Position numbers and translations under genes: made by a program. From Selaginella moellendorffii (taxonomy: Eukaryota; Plantae; Lycopodiophyta), in contig NW_003314269.1 of assembly GCF_000143415.4 (NCBI RefSeq), forward strand, positions 3,315,908-3,379,907: a stretch of DNA of 64,000 nucleotides. The letters are read 5' to 3'. Below the pieces are notes generated by a model. The model did not search any database. It had not been told where the DNA came from and saw nothing but the letters and a program-made list of their open reading frames with translations. This document shows positions 51,414 through 63,396 of this stretch, one piece after another. Within the stretch, counting starts at the first letter, position 1. Each line of letters opens with the position of its first letter.

Positions 51414-54400
51414 ATTCGCAGGGCTTTACGAGATTGAGGCATGAATTAGTAAAGTGGCTTATCGTCTCCGACTTCCTCGAGAGATGGGGAAGATACACCC
51501 AGTGTTCCATGTGAACTTACTCAAGCTGTACTTTGAGGATTCGCTTCACAAGGACCAAGTAAGACCTTTACCTGAGGTTATCCAAAGGGAGGAGGAATAC
51601 AAAGTCGAGGCCATCCTCAATGCGCGCAAGAGCAAGTGACAAGGACGCAAAGTGCGAGAGTTCCATGTGAAGTGGAAAGGATTTCCACACTGTGAAGCAA
51701 CATGGGAACTGGAAGAGAACCTGGCAAACGTGCGAGATCTAGTGGAGGAATTTCTGCATGGCAAAACTTTATGTACTTATGCAAAGTTCAATTAAAAAGT
51801 ATCAATTTGTAAAGTTGAGGAATACATATATTGGGACCCGAAGGCGCACTGAAGGTAAGCTAATTAGCATGGGTTAGCTAAGTCGACTAGGCGTAGGGAA
51901 CTACACCCGACTCCCTGTGGGGATGTCGAATCCATAAACGTATTCTACGGAGGTTGGGTTTGAGTCCCAACCCCCTAGTAAAGCACAGCTAGGTTCAAGT
52001 CCCGACCCCATACTAGGGTGTGGTGAGGTGAGGGGTATAGGGACACCTATATTCCATTGTCATGGGCTCTTAGCTAGGGAGGCTAACTTAGGCACACCGC
52101 TAAGTGGGGGGATGCCCTCGGAGACATGGTCAACAAATCGTAGGATAAAAAGAGACGTTCGATGTGGGCATCGAACTTCTTCTATGGGTGGTGAAGTTAT
52201 AAGGAACCAACTCCCCGAGGTGTCATAGGCTAAAGGATCCCCGATAGCATAACCGAAATGATAAAGAGTTCATCGGATGGGACCGAGTCTAAGATTGAGT
52301 CCAAGACTGACTCTGAGACCAAGTTCAAGATAAAGTCCGGGATCGAGTCCGAGGCCGACTCGGAGACCGAGTTCAAGACCGAGTTTGAGATAAAGTCCGA
52401 GATCCGAGATCAAGTCCAAGACTGAGTCCGAGGTCGAGTCCAAAGCCGAGTCCGAGATCGGGTCCGAGATCAAGTCCGAGATCGAGTCCGAGATCGAGTC
52501 CAAGACCGAGTCCGAAGTCAGGTCCAAGATCGAGTCCGAGATCGAGTCCGAGATTGAGTCTGAGACCGAGTCCGAGTACTAATACAGGTCAAGGGGTGAA
52601 AGCCCAAAGCATGCATCTCCCGGGGGGGCTTCAAGGGGTTCCAAAAGTATAGTAGGGATAGTGAGGTCCAAGAACCAGTCTTGAAGGAACTCTCCAGTGG
52701 TGCTTCCAAACTGACTTGAGGTTGAGACTGGGGCCGAGGGGCCTTGGGTGGGAGTGAGCATGGACTCAGGTGGTGCCAGAGAAGCCACCCAAGGAAGTGC
52801 TCAAGAGTAGCTCCCACTCCCAAAAGGGAAACTAACTGCGGTGCTCTTAGCTCATGTGGAGTGGTGCCCCACTTGAGTACCATGTGGCTCATTGGTCCTC
52901 GCCCTTCTTAGGGACTTGGACTTTCCCTTTGGGATGGAAGTGGGGGGTTAGAGGTACCCATACTAGGCTGTTAAGCCACAGTGTTTCGCCCCAGTGTCCC
53001 GAAGCAAGTGTTGCACCTAAAACTTAGGATTTAGAGGGTCCCATAATCAAGTTTTGTGGTACCAAGGGATGTTAGGAATCTGGAGGCTTGGTGTGCTTGG
53101 CTGCTTATGCCTGCAGGGAGTGTAGTCGAACCTTAATCTAGTCTAACCTAAGGAGGGGGATTGGGAGAGATTTAGGAATCCGTGGATGGATGGCTAACGC
53201 TCCATTGCTCGTATAGTGAATAGCTGAAACCAAATAGGACTAAGTAGGAGCTGGTATCATAGGCGAGAACCTTAGCGAGGGAACTTAGCAAAAGCCAAGG
53301 CAGTGTTAGTCGGATAGACGAGGTAAACTGGCAAATTGGAAAGGAAAAATTTGTGGCTTACAGACATTGGTTGCATTTAGTCTATGGTGTTGGATTTCAT
53401 GGAGTCTTGGATGTGGTGATTCACTCTTTGATGAAGTGTTATCTGTAACTGAGTTTTGCTAAAGGATTAGTCTCAAATACTGACTAAAGTATCTTCAACT
53501 TTAGTTAGTTTGGTTGCTAGAGAGTTTTGAGTGGTGATTCACTCTTGTTTTCTTCTAGCTTTGTTCTGGTGTTAATGGCATTGAAGTGATGTCTTGTCAT
53601 TGACATTATTAATGTTGAGATTTGCATGAAATGAGATATCTCTCCTTAGAATTGGTATTGAGTTTCATTAGTCTCAATGAAAATAGTGTTGATAATTTGG
53701 CTATGGCTTTATGTTATTGGCATTTGTACAATTATTAGTTAGCAATTGTATTGACATTCAAACAAATTGAGTGGCAAGTTTGAGTTAGTTGTATTCTAGA
53801 CGAAATTATTTAGTAAGGGTTGAGCTTTAGCTTTTCCTTGAAAAATGATTTAGTCGTGAACAACACTAACTTTACAAAATAAAGAGTTAGTGATTGATAT
53901 TGAAGATGTTTGAATCCTTATTGGATTTGAGTTGGAATATATTGATCATGGATTATTTTTCTTGTGCTTGTTATGAAGTGAATTATATCTTGCTATAGAT
54001 GGATTCATGGAGGATCGGTTTAGTGGTCACTTGTTGAGCATAACTTTTGGATTGATGTAGACATGCTCTTCATTAACTTTACATTATGAAGTTTAGTTTA
54101 TGAAAGTGTTGAAGAGGATATTGTGGGTTGTACCATGATTTCTTCTTTCGCATTGAAGTTGGTTCATGCGAAACTCATGATCGTTGTTAAACAAGACTTA
54201 GCTATGGGCTTTTTCGAGCTTTTGGTTCCTTGAGTTTTTATATTTATGGTCCATTTGTTAGAAGTTGTTGGAAAAGGTATTTTGGCTTATTAACTTCAAT
54301 GTTGACATTGGCTTTTGCATATAGCAATCATTAGTGATGTTTGACTATCATCTAAGATAGTTGATTATCTTTGTCAAAAGGTTTTGTTTATTCTTTCTTA

Positions 54401-55351
54401 GACAATAATTCTGCATACTGTTTTTTAATGGGATGATTGATGATCTTTCATAATGGTTAATTATTCTCTTTGATGGCTTATGATTTTTTGCAATACTATA
54501 TGTTCTTTGTGGTTTGTTTTAGATTGGTCTCTTAAGTTTGAGACATTAGTAGGATGTTACTAACGCTTGCTAAAGCAATTTGGGATCCTTCGTATTGTTG
54601 ACCGATGATTGGCTGGTGTGATGGTTGGCATGACTAAGTGTTTGCTAGTCTTACTACATTTATTCTATTCTGTTGATTGTTGCTTGAGTTAGTTCTGATA
54701 GATTAGGATGTTATTTCCTTTGAGTGATACATTTGTGAACATTGTGCTTGTTAGTTAAGAATACTTTATGTTCTTTGAGTTATCTTTGGTAAGTTGTTTA
54801 ACATACTATCTACAATCTTCAGTAGTTAAGTTTTCTCATTAAGTTTACTTGATGATATACTTGCTATTAACTTTCGTTGGATGGTGATTCCTATGTTTTC
54901 CAAACATGTTGATCTTGCTATAATATTAGTTTATCGCATAATAACTTATTTAGAATACATTTGTGTTCTAAACTAAGCTTTATTCATTGATATTCAAGAC
55001 TCTAAGATATCATTGTCTCTGACTTTGATATTATCCATTTATTGATCTTTAGGTTTGGGCTAGTATAGGCAAATTGGCTTTGGCAGTTCATGTGTATGGT
55101 GAAATCTCTAGTCATGGAGTAGTTACTATCAACTAGTCACATCACCCGCCTCTTTATTGATGTTCCTTATTTTGTTAAAAGGGTGTGACCATATAAACAA
55201 CTCTAATTGCCTATTTATAGTACTCTATTTAAACCTTACCGATGGGTTTGGTTTCTTTACTCAAGAGGGTTGGGGCTTTAGCTTCTCTTTCTATGTCCCT
55301 GCAAGCAGGGGTGTATCACACTTTTGTAAGCTGGGTGAAAACTAAAGCAGC

Positions 55352-55535
55352 TGTTAGGGCGTGGCTATTGAGAGAGTGAGAGAAAGAGAGAGGGAATATT
55401 CTGATCCTTAGAATATTCCCCATCTTCCTTGTATAAAACCTTTGCCCAACAAGGGCAAAGGGGGGCATTTTTGAGAAGAGTATTGAAGCATTTTTCATGT
55501 TCTCACACAGCACTTTCTAAGGTATCATTTCTTAT
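55352..55535 (+). mobile_element. 5' fragment of an LTR (family of 21790) truncated by transposon copy B
   Basis: TGTTAGGGCGTGGC..gagagagtgag..agggaatattctg matches 21790-22020. Confidence 0.8.
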
Positions 55536-56392
55536 GCTCTATTTTGTTAAAGTGGGATTTATTCAGTAAAATGGGACTAGGTACAAATTTTCAAGTATTT
55601 GAAAATGACGTGAAATTATATGTTTTTTGTCCAGGGGCTAGACATATCTGGGGCATGGTGACTAGCGCGGTGACCTTATGTCCAGACTGAGTCCATCTAG
55701 TTGTATAATAAATCTCATTGTCAAAGTGAACAAGCCGAATCTGAAGCTAAAGAAGAGCGATGGCATGCGCGCACACACTATTTGTTTGTTCATTGAGCGT
55801 GTGGTGAGCTTTCCAAGATGAACATCATTCCTATTAGCCAGACATATAACTTAATGGTGAGAACATTTAGATATTATTCAATGTTATCTTTTTCTAACGA
55901 ATCTAATTGTGAAGGTGTAGCAAGAGGCATTACTAGTCTGGAGAAGTCATTTAACTCATTTGAAGCTCTATTTCGTTAAAGTGGGATTTATTCAGTAAAA
56001 TGGGACTAGGTACAAATTTTCAAGTATTTGAAAATGACGTGAAATTATATGTTTTTTGTCCAGGGGCTAGACATATTTGGGGCATGGTGACTAGCGCGGT
56101 GACCTTATGTCCAGACTGAGTCCATCTAGTTGTATAATAAATCTCATTGTCAAGGTGAACAAGCCGAATCTGAAGCTAAAGAAGAGCGATGGCATGCGCG
56201 CACACACTATTTGTTTGTTCATTGAGCGTGTGGTGAGCTTTCCAAGATGAACATCATTCCTATTAGCCAGACATATAACTTAATGGTGAGAACATTTAGA
56301 TATTATTCAATGTTATCTTTTTCTAACGAATCTAATTGTGAAGGTGTAGCAAGAGGCATTGCTAGTCTGGAGAAGTCATTTAACTCATTTGA
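55536..56392 (-). repeat. 429-bp tandem duplication of the transposon terminus
   Basis: GCTCTATTT.GTTAAAGTGGGATTTATTCAG starts at both 55536 and 55965. Confidence 0.95.
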
Positions 56393-56622
56393 CCCTTAGT
56401 GTATTTTCATGAAACTAAATAACATTCATATTATTAAGGAATTTCTCTAGTACCTTTTTTTTACGACATAGAGGCTTGCATTTCTTTCAAAGGTGATTTA
56501 GTAAAAGGCCTGAGGGCACATGCCATTCTATTTCTCAGACCGGTATTAAGATATACTAGTGCAAAGGGAAAAAGGTATTTGGTGATCAAGTAAATGGCAT
56601 GAGGGCACACGCCATTATAAGT

Positions 56623-56982
56623 CTAAGCGCTAGTGGACACCTCCTTTTTGGTACTCTCAGCGGTACTATCATCCTTCTCCGGGTCAGTTGTTTTGCTTTG
56701 GATTGTTGTCTCTGACGTTACTGGGGCGTTCTCGATAGTTGTTAATGTTGCCGTTTGTTCAGAAAAATGATCACCTGGAGTATAGTACGGGGAGTTTGGA
56801 AGACTTATATATTCTACATCTTCACCTATCTCCTTCTCCGTCTCCTTTTCTGCCTCACTTACAGATTTTGTGCTTGCCATGAGAACGCTCTTCACCCTAA
56901 AATATGGAGTTCGTTGTGTTATAAAAGGAAACCAACACACACGCTGCAAGGGAATGATGGTACATAAAGCACGTAAGCCCAC
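56623..56982 (-). CDS. Small acidic Ser/Thr-rich ORF or exon, copy B
   Basis: Protein identical to 10608-10967. Confidence 0.35.
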   Translation of the reverse strand: MGLRALCTIIPLQRVCWFPFITQRTPYFRVKSVLMASTKSVSEAEKETEKEIGEDVEYISLPNSPYYTPGDHFSEQTATLTTIENAPVTSETTIQSKTTDPEKDDSTAESTKKEVSTSA

Positions 56983-57095
56983 AATATGGGTTTATGTGCC
57001 ATTAATATGGGCCACACGCCATATTATTAGATTTATGCACGTGTGATTGGTAAATGCATATGTCACATCATCTTTGTTTTACCTCACACACTATA

Positions 57096-60000
57096 TCAAG
57101 CCTCCTCTGATTCAGATTCGGATTGTTCACCTTGAAATAAAATACATTAGAAACTTTGTAAAGGAATATTAATGAATCTCACCTTGAACCCGAGTTATGA
57201 ATGCTCTTGCTGCATCTCTTGCATGGTCTGGCAAGGTGATGGTGGCACTCTGCTTCCGCATCCAACCATGCACAACATTATCCACCGATATGCTCATGCT
57301 GGGATCCCTTGGATTCAGCACCCATCTCTTTTCTAGGCAATCCTTCGTATATCCGGAACTTGGCTTGAACCACTCCACAGTTACATTGAAGGAGTTAGTT
57401 TCCGCGTCCTCCTCTGCATCAGTGATGCAGCGCCCCACCCATATCATTTGTTTTTTATTACTGGGTCTGACAAGCACGACCATTCCTTTGCAGACCTGTA
57501 CTGGATTGAATGCTGAATCCGGCTTCTTGTTCCTCGGCCCACAATAGTGATCCTCAACATCGTTATCTGTCACTGCATTTCCAGAGGACATTGTTCCGCT
57601 ACTATCTGGTGCTCTGGGTTCTGGCCAAAAGGACTCTTCCAATTCTTCATATACAACCGGCCCATTTTGGATAGCAGATATAATCTTCTCCCAGTATTCG
57701 AGCAAAGGCTTGCACCTCTGAAAATAGGATTCTCCACCAAACACCAACCCCCTCTTCCAGAAGGCAATATGCTGTCTAATCCCGGCCACTATACTTTCCT
57801 GGTCTTTGAGTCCATCCGGGTGCATCGGCCGTGGGGAACCCTGAGGAATCATAGGTTCCCCAGTTATGGGATCTCTCTTGAAGAGTTCAATGCCGTCCAC
57901 TGGCAGCCACACTGTGTCCCATTCTCTCATCTTGTACCTCATCACTGGAGCACCGTCACACATGCTGAAATGAAACTGAAGAGGCTTGGAGTGGCCAATC
58001 AGCGTTTCGGATCCATCCCTGATGTAGCCTCTTACAAACCCCTTAAAGTCTGGAACCTCTGTCAGAAGTGCAGCTTCAACAGTGCCTTTGATGCAATTTT
58101 GGAATTCATCGTAGAGTTGTGGGAGGGTGAGGACATTGGATCGCCGGAGGGACTCTGCCAGGTGACTGAACATGGCATCGACGTCTTCATGAGTGTGCCC
58201 AACCATGAGAAAGCCAAGTGTAACCGTTTCAAATATGCCTTTGGCAACAAGCATCGCCAAGTACGTGAAGACGTACATGTTTTTGTTCTCACTGCCAGCA
58301 TTGTCTGTTTGGAGCAGAAGATGGGGTGGAAGGCCACATCGGCCGCAAGAACTTCCTTGAGATTCTACTTCGTTTGGATGAGGCTGTGCATTCACCGGGC
58401 GACCAGCCTCGTCGGAATGGCATGAGGCCTCACGTGATAACCCTACAATCTGACGGCCAACATATTCACTGGGATGGCATGGGGCCCCACGCGATACTGC
58501 AAGCCTTTGCTCCTCCTCCAGCTGAACCCTGTATGGGGTTCGATCGACAAGGGCCTTATGCAAGGGTTGGCCGTTCAGCTCAGTCTGCGCACTTTGCAGA
58601 GACCTTAAGTGTTTTGCTAGGGACGCAATCATCATGTTTGCACCCCCGCCACCCCATAGAGGTACAAAGAAGTTCCCATAGTTCTGGGCACCATGCCCAT
58701 GAGCGATTATGCCAAACAGAGACACAGGCAGCTGCATGGATGAAGAGATTGCCTTGGGGGCAGGATTGAGTCGAGGTAAGCACGTCTTTTTCTGGTCCAT
58801 TTTGTCGTGGATGATGCAGAGGTAAGAGTCAGGTCTCTCCATGGAGAGAATCCTGTTATGATAATATACAGTCCTGCAGCTTCTCTGCTCGATGTTGTGG
58901 TCGAGCCGCCTTCTAACCAACGTCTCTCGCTCTTGAGCGCTGCAAGAATTCTTCGACAAAGCCATTTTGATAGCAGTGCACTCGTCACACTTTGAAAAGC
59001 TGGAGTACTTTCCTATACTCACATCCCTGAACCTGTTGCTCCACAATCTACTAAATCTAGATTGGCTCAGCTTCCTGTAGCCATTACTCTGGAGTTCCCG
59101 ATTCACATCTTCCAATATGGCCCCCTTGGTATACATGGAAGGGAGAACTCGTTGGGTGTCTCGTGTTCCATCTTCCAAGAGGCGGGTTTTATGTGGTTGC
59201 TGCTCGCTACATGTCTCGACAAACCTCTTGAAGATTGCCTCTCCATATACAACATGACCCCTGGTTTTGTGCGTACCGTCGTTCCCATGGACTGCCTGTT
59301 GAACCCTTTGTTCCTCGAACTCAGTTTTGATTCTGTAGAATGTGCTTCGAGGGACTCCATAAATGATTCTCCATGCCTTCATGCAGACCAAACCCCTCTG
59401 GAAGACCATGCCCCCCACCTGATGTTCTGAAGCATCAACAGATGACCGTAATGCCTCATACACAAAATTGCGAGCTGCCTTCCAGGACAATGTCTTGTAT
59501 CTTGCTCTCTCCTCTTCAATAGCATCCCAATCAGCATGTTGACAGCACCTCCTCTTGCAACAAGCAACTGTCGAGACCATTCGAACCTCCATCGCCATTT
59601 TCTGCCTTTTCGGTTCGTTGCTCAGATCCCTTTGGCTGCGCTTTAGGAAGGTGTACTTTCTTTTCCCATGAAGAGATGTTCTGTCATCAGTTGTAGTGGT
59701 GTTTGATTGTGAATCCTTCACATTCTCAAACACTAAGTGCCTCAATTTCCACCGCACAATGCTTCCAATAGTCAGACTGTTTTCTTCTGTGTCAACAACC
59801 TCTAAAATCGCAACTCCAATATCATCCCAGCCCAATTCTTGATTAGCAACCGCATCTCTTGGATCGACAACTGTGGCTAAGCCCTCAGCTACCACCTCCC
59901 CCTCGGGGTTGTTTAGAAACACTTTTGCCTGAATCCATGTAGCACGGTTCTTAAGATCCACGGAGGGAACATGCGTCGCACTTGCGCGGTCCCCAACATC

Positions 60001-60237
60001 TGCTTTCTTCTGAAGATTTTTCAAGGCAACAACAACATTTACCCCGACGACCATCTCTCCTCGTTCAATAGCGACCACATTCCCATCGAAGACAGTCTCT
60101 ACTGATACAGCAGCATTGCCTTCCCCAAGCCTTTCACAGTGTATAACAAAGTTCCGATCCATAGACACAAGGGTCCCTTTTGCAACTCTCTTCCCACCAT
60201 TCAAAATGTAAACCTTTTCCCCAACCTTGAAGGCCAT
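57096..60237 (-). CDS. Intact Sola1-like DDD transposase (1022-aa ORF 57169-60237; ~1030 aa if the terminal intron 57131-57182 is spliced)
   Basis: Uninterrupted ORF. It has two N-terminal beta-rich repeats (VAKGTL/VAEGLA..LG..V.I..V, resembling En/Spm TNP1-type domains), Cys/His motifs (CCKRRCC, VCMKAW, KCDEC), an RNase H-like core (DKMDQ / DNAGSENKN / GHTHEDVD) and a C-terminal beta domain (IWVGRC..VTVEWF). The subgroup assignment is from motif recall. Confidence 0.85.
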
Positions 60238-61567
60238 TCTGAAAGTGCAGAAAAGAAGTTAAGACCATACAAAAAATGATTGGAGAATGGCCTAAATCAT
60301 AACATACCAAACAACCTCAATAGCATGAGGCCACATGCCATTATTCAAACATGCTATTGACACCCACGTGAAATTTCGCATTCACAAAATTGGCATGAGG
60401 CCTCATGCCATCTTGATATACACACAGCTGCAGGCAAGTAAAAACATACATGACAATACGCTAGCCATGAAATTGCAAGGGCCCAAGATGGCATGTGGCC
60501 TCATGCCATTTCTAAATGTGGTCCTAAGCCATTCCATGGTGAACATACCAGGAAGCACAAGTGCCGAATATCAAGAGGAAGCGGTAGCCACACCAAAGAC
60601 AGTGCCGCTCGCAACACCGCAACTACTCGTAGCGCCGCTCGCAACACCGCAACTGCTCGTAGCGCCGCTCGCACAAACTGCCACTCGCATAAACTGCCGC
60701 TCGCAATGGCGCTCGCAATGCCGCAACCGCTCGTAGACGCATAAACCACAGCCCACAACGCCGCTTACACAAGCAGCGCTCACTGCGCTCAGCGGAACCA
60801 AGAACACGGCGCACAAAAATGATAGACCTAGGAATGAGTTCGAGAATTCAAAAATAACACACGCTTGAACGTCACATCAAATCCTCTGACAAACCAGATC
60901 TTATGATTCCTCTGACAAATTTCAAACTGAGTAGCTTCTAGACTTTGCTGTCGGAGGTTGAACTTTGTCACATCATGTCCTTGCCTCGATCCAGCTGTGC
61001 CATGTCAGTGATTCGAACTTTGCCATGCCATGTCAGCGATCCGCGCCAAGATTATTCGCCGTGTAAAGGAATAATTACGCTGTGTGTGTACGTCCATTTA
61101 TGGCAATATAAGGCCACACGCCATTCAAAGAATAATGCTTGACATAAGGCCACACGCCATTCAAAGAATAATGCTAGTCGAGCATTTTTTGGTGCATTTT
61201 TGGGTTCAAAATTGCATGAGCCCACACGCTATAAAGTTTACCTGTACCAAAAATAGAAACAGCTTTATTTACTTGGGAATTTAAGTGGTTGAGGCATTTT
61301 TAAACTTACAAACACATGCCCTACTTACATTCCTTTGGTTGCCTAAAATTCAAAAATATTATAAACCTTTCTTTTTGCATTTTCAATGTTTTCAATTATG
61401 GTTTTTGATTTTCGTAGGACCAGCCTAGTAATCTATTTGCATCCCGTCATGTTTATAGCTAGCTTTCGTTCGTCCCCTTCGCTAGCCTGAGATACATCTG
61501 CTCGGCATCTGCCTCTTACAGCATTTGCCCAGAAAGGGCATCTTTCTTCACGCAGCATTTGCCACAT

Positions 61568-61601
61568 GTTTAGGGTTTAGGGTTTAGGGTTTAGGGTTTA
61601 G
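61568..61601 (+). repeat. Interstitial telomeric repeat (TTTAGGG)n, copy B
   Basis: gtttagggtttagggtttagggtttagggtttag. Confidence 0.95.
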
Positions 61602-63396
61602 CAATTCAGTAGCTTGATAAACATGCAAATACAGAACTTGATGCAAAATCCTTTGATATGTCACAATGCCCCTAGGACCATAAACACATTTCAATAGAGA
61701 GGGTCCTTTCATTTCATAACTCCTTACGTAGATCTTGGTGAAACCAGAGTTAGTGAAGTTAGTTTCTTGTGATCCCGCATCTGATTGTGATGTCCCTTTG
61801 TAGTTTCGATGGAAAGGTCAATGCACACCAAACTGTGAAATCTTGGAGCAAAATAACGGTCGGATCTATGGCAAATGCCCCTGAAACATTGTAAGGCTCG
61901 TGTGGTCTCATGTGGTGTCCGATTGAGATGCTTCTTTGCAGGGTCATCAAGAAAGACATTGTATACCATTCTGTAAAATCTAGTTGCGATCTAACGGTTG
62001 GATCTCCAGAAAACTCAAAAAAATCTCGCGCGTGTCAGAATATCCTAGGAATATACTCCTATGTGCCCCTGAAAATGGCATGCGGCCCCACGCCATTCAA
62101 GAGATAATGCCAGATGACGCCGAGAATTTTTTGGTGCATTTTTTGGGTTCAAAATTGCATGAGCCCACACGCTATAAAGTTTATCTTTGCCAAATAGAGA
62201 AAAGTTTATCTGTGTCATGTGAGGTAGTTACAGTCCTTTGTGCTCGGCATCTGCCTCTTGCAGCATTTGCACTGAAAGGGAATTTTTCTCCATTCAGCAT
62301 TTGGCCCTGAAAATGGCATGCGCCCACACGCCATTGAAGGAATAACGCCACAGGACGCCTGGATTTTTGGGTTTAAAATGTTTAGGGTTTTTTGGGTTTT
62401 TTCAAAATATTTTGGGTCCAACGTTTTTTGGGTTTCTTTGGTTCAAAATTGCATGAGCCCACACGCTATAATATTGATTTGAGAGAAAAATAGAAACAGA
62501 TAGAATTTCTTTATTTAGCTGAACATCTGCCATTTTTGGAAATACAAGATGCTTTGGAATATCCAATCATGCATGGTATAAATATAGCGAGGGTATTAAA
62601 TGATATCCCAATCATGATCTTTCTTTTGGATTTCGCGTGCATGCAGTCCGAGGAATGATGATGTTGCGGATTTCTTTTGGATTTTGCGTGCTTGCATGCG
62701 CGCGGCAATCCAGAAATTAATGGTGGCGCCCAAGTCCGAGGAATGATGACGTGGCGGGATTACCAACCGTTGTGACATTTCGCGCGTGTGAGGTTAGGTT
62801 TTGCATTTTGCTTTGTACTCGCGCTCGCACACTCGCGCTCCCGCTCGCATCGCGCTCCCACTCGCGATCACGCTCACTTCTCTACAGGTTTCTCGTGTGC
62901 ATCGGCGTCCACTCGCGCTTGCATCACACTCGCGCTCGCATCGCGCTCGTGTGCATCGGCGTCCACTTCAAGACACACCCAGTTTGTAACTTCGCCGCCA
63001 ACTCCGCCGCCCACTCCACCACCCACACGCAGCCCACTTGGCGTCCCGGGAGATTTCAGCGCCACTCTCCAACTGTAAGTGGCAGAGTAGCCTTGCTGCT
63101 ACGATCCGCTGCACACACAGTGCACATTCGCCAGCGAGTCCGGCCTCGATTGTCACGGCCTCCATTCGGCTTCAAATGGTAAGTCTTTTAGACGAAGTAG
63201 AAAATGGCATGAGGCCACATGCCATTCAGTAGCAACATTGGCATGCACCGATTGGGCTCTCGAGTGCAGTCCGGTTACAGATGGCGTGTAGCCTCACGCC
63301 ATCTTAGGATGCAGCCTCAAGACATCTGATGCAGTGGTGAATGGCGTGTGGCCTCACGTTATTTCCAGCTGCTAGCTTTTCATCTGTCAGCTCTAA

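Larger units (their letters stand above)
47045..51765 (+). pseudogene. Chromovirus gag-pol (gag, CCHC remnant, protease, RT, RNase H, integrase, chromodomain)
   Basis: CYNCG; LIDTGA; [12 protein letters not shown]; MPFGLCNAP; YIDDILIYS; ETDASDFALGAVL; GHGGVPKT; MDFIMGLP; HPVFHVNLLK; EYKVEAIL..VKWKGF...ATWE. Several stops and frameshifts. Confidence 0.93.
46594..53362 (+). mobile_element. Near-complete Ty3/gypsy chromovirus (5' LTR end 46594-46985, PBS 46989, gag-pol, 3' LTR 52198-53362), inactivated
   Basis: Both LTRs end AATTTGTGGCTTACA; PBS-like TGGTATtG; PPT-like sequence before 52198; GAGTCC/GAGATC hexamer array at 52278-52577 in the 3' LTR. Confidence 0.92.
44254..55350 (+). mobile_element. 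Old decayed LTR element (family of 15890-21214) hosting the nested chromovirus
   Basis: LTR-start-like sequence at 44254. 44680-46493 matches ~15890-17705 and 53363 onward resumes at ~17875. Confidence 0.65.

Noticed and set aside
57547-58425. 292-aa ORF (and 8740-9498, 2013-2621) antisense to long genes
   Set aside because: Shadow frames of real coding sequence with no motifs, and of differing length between copies.
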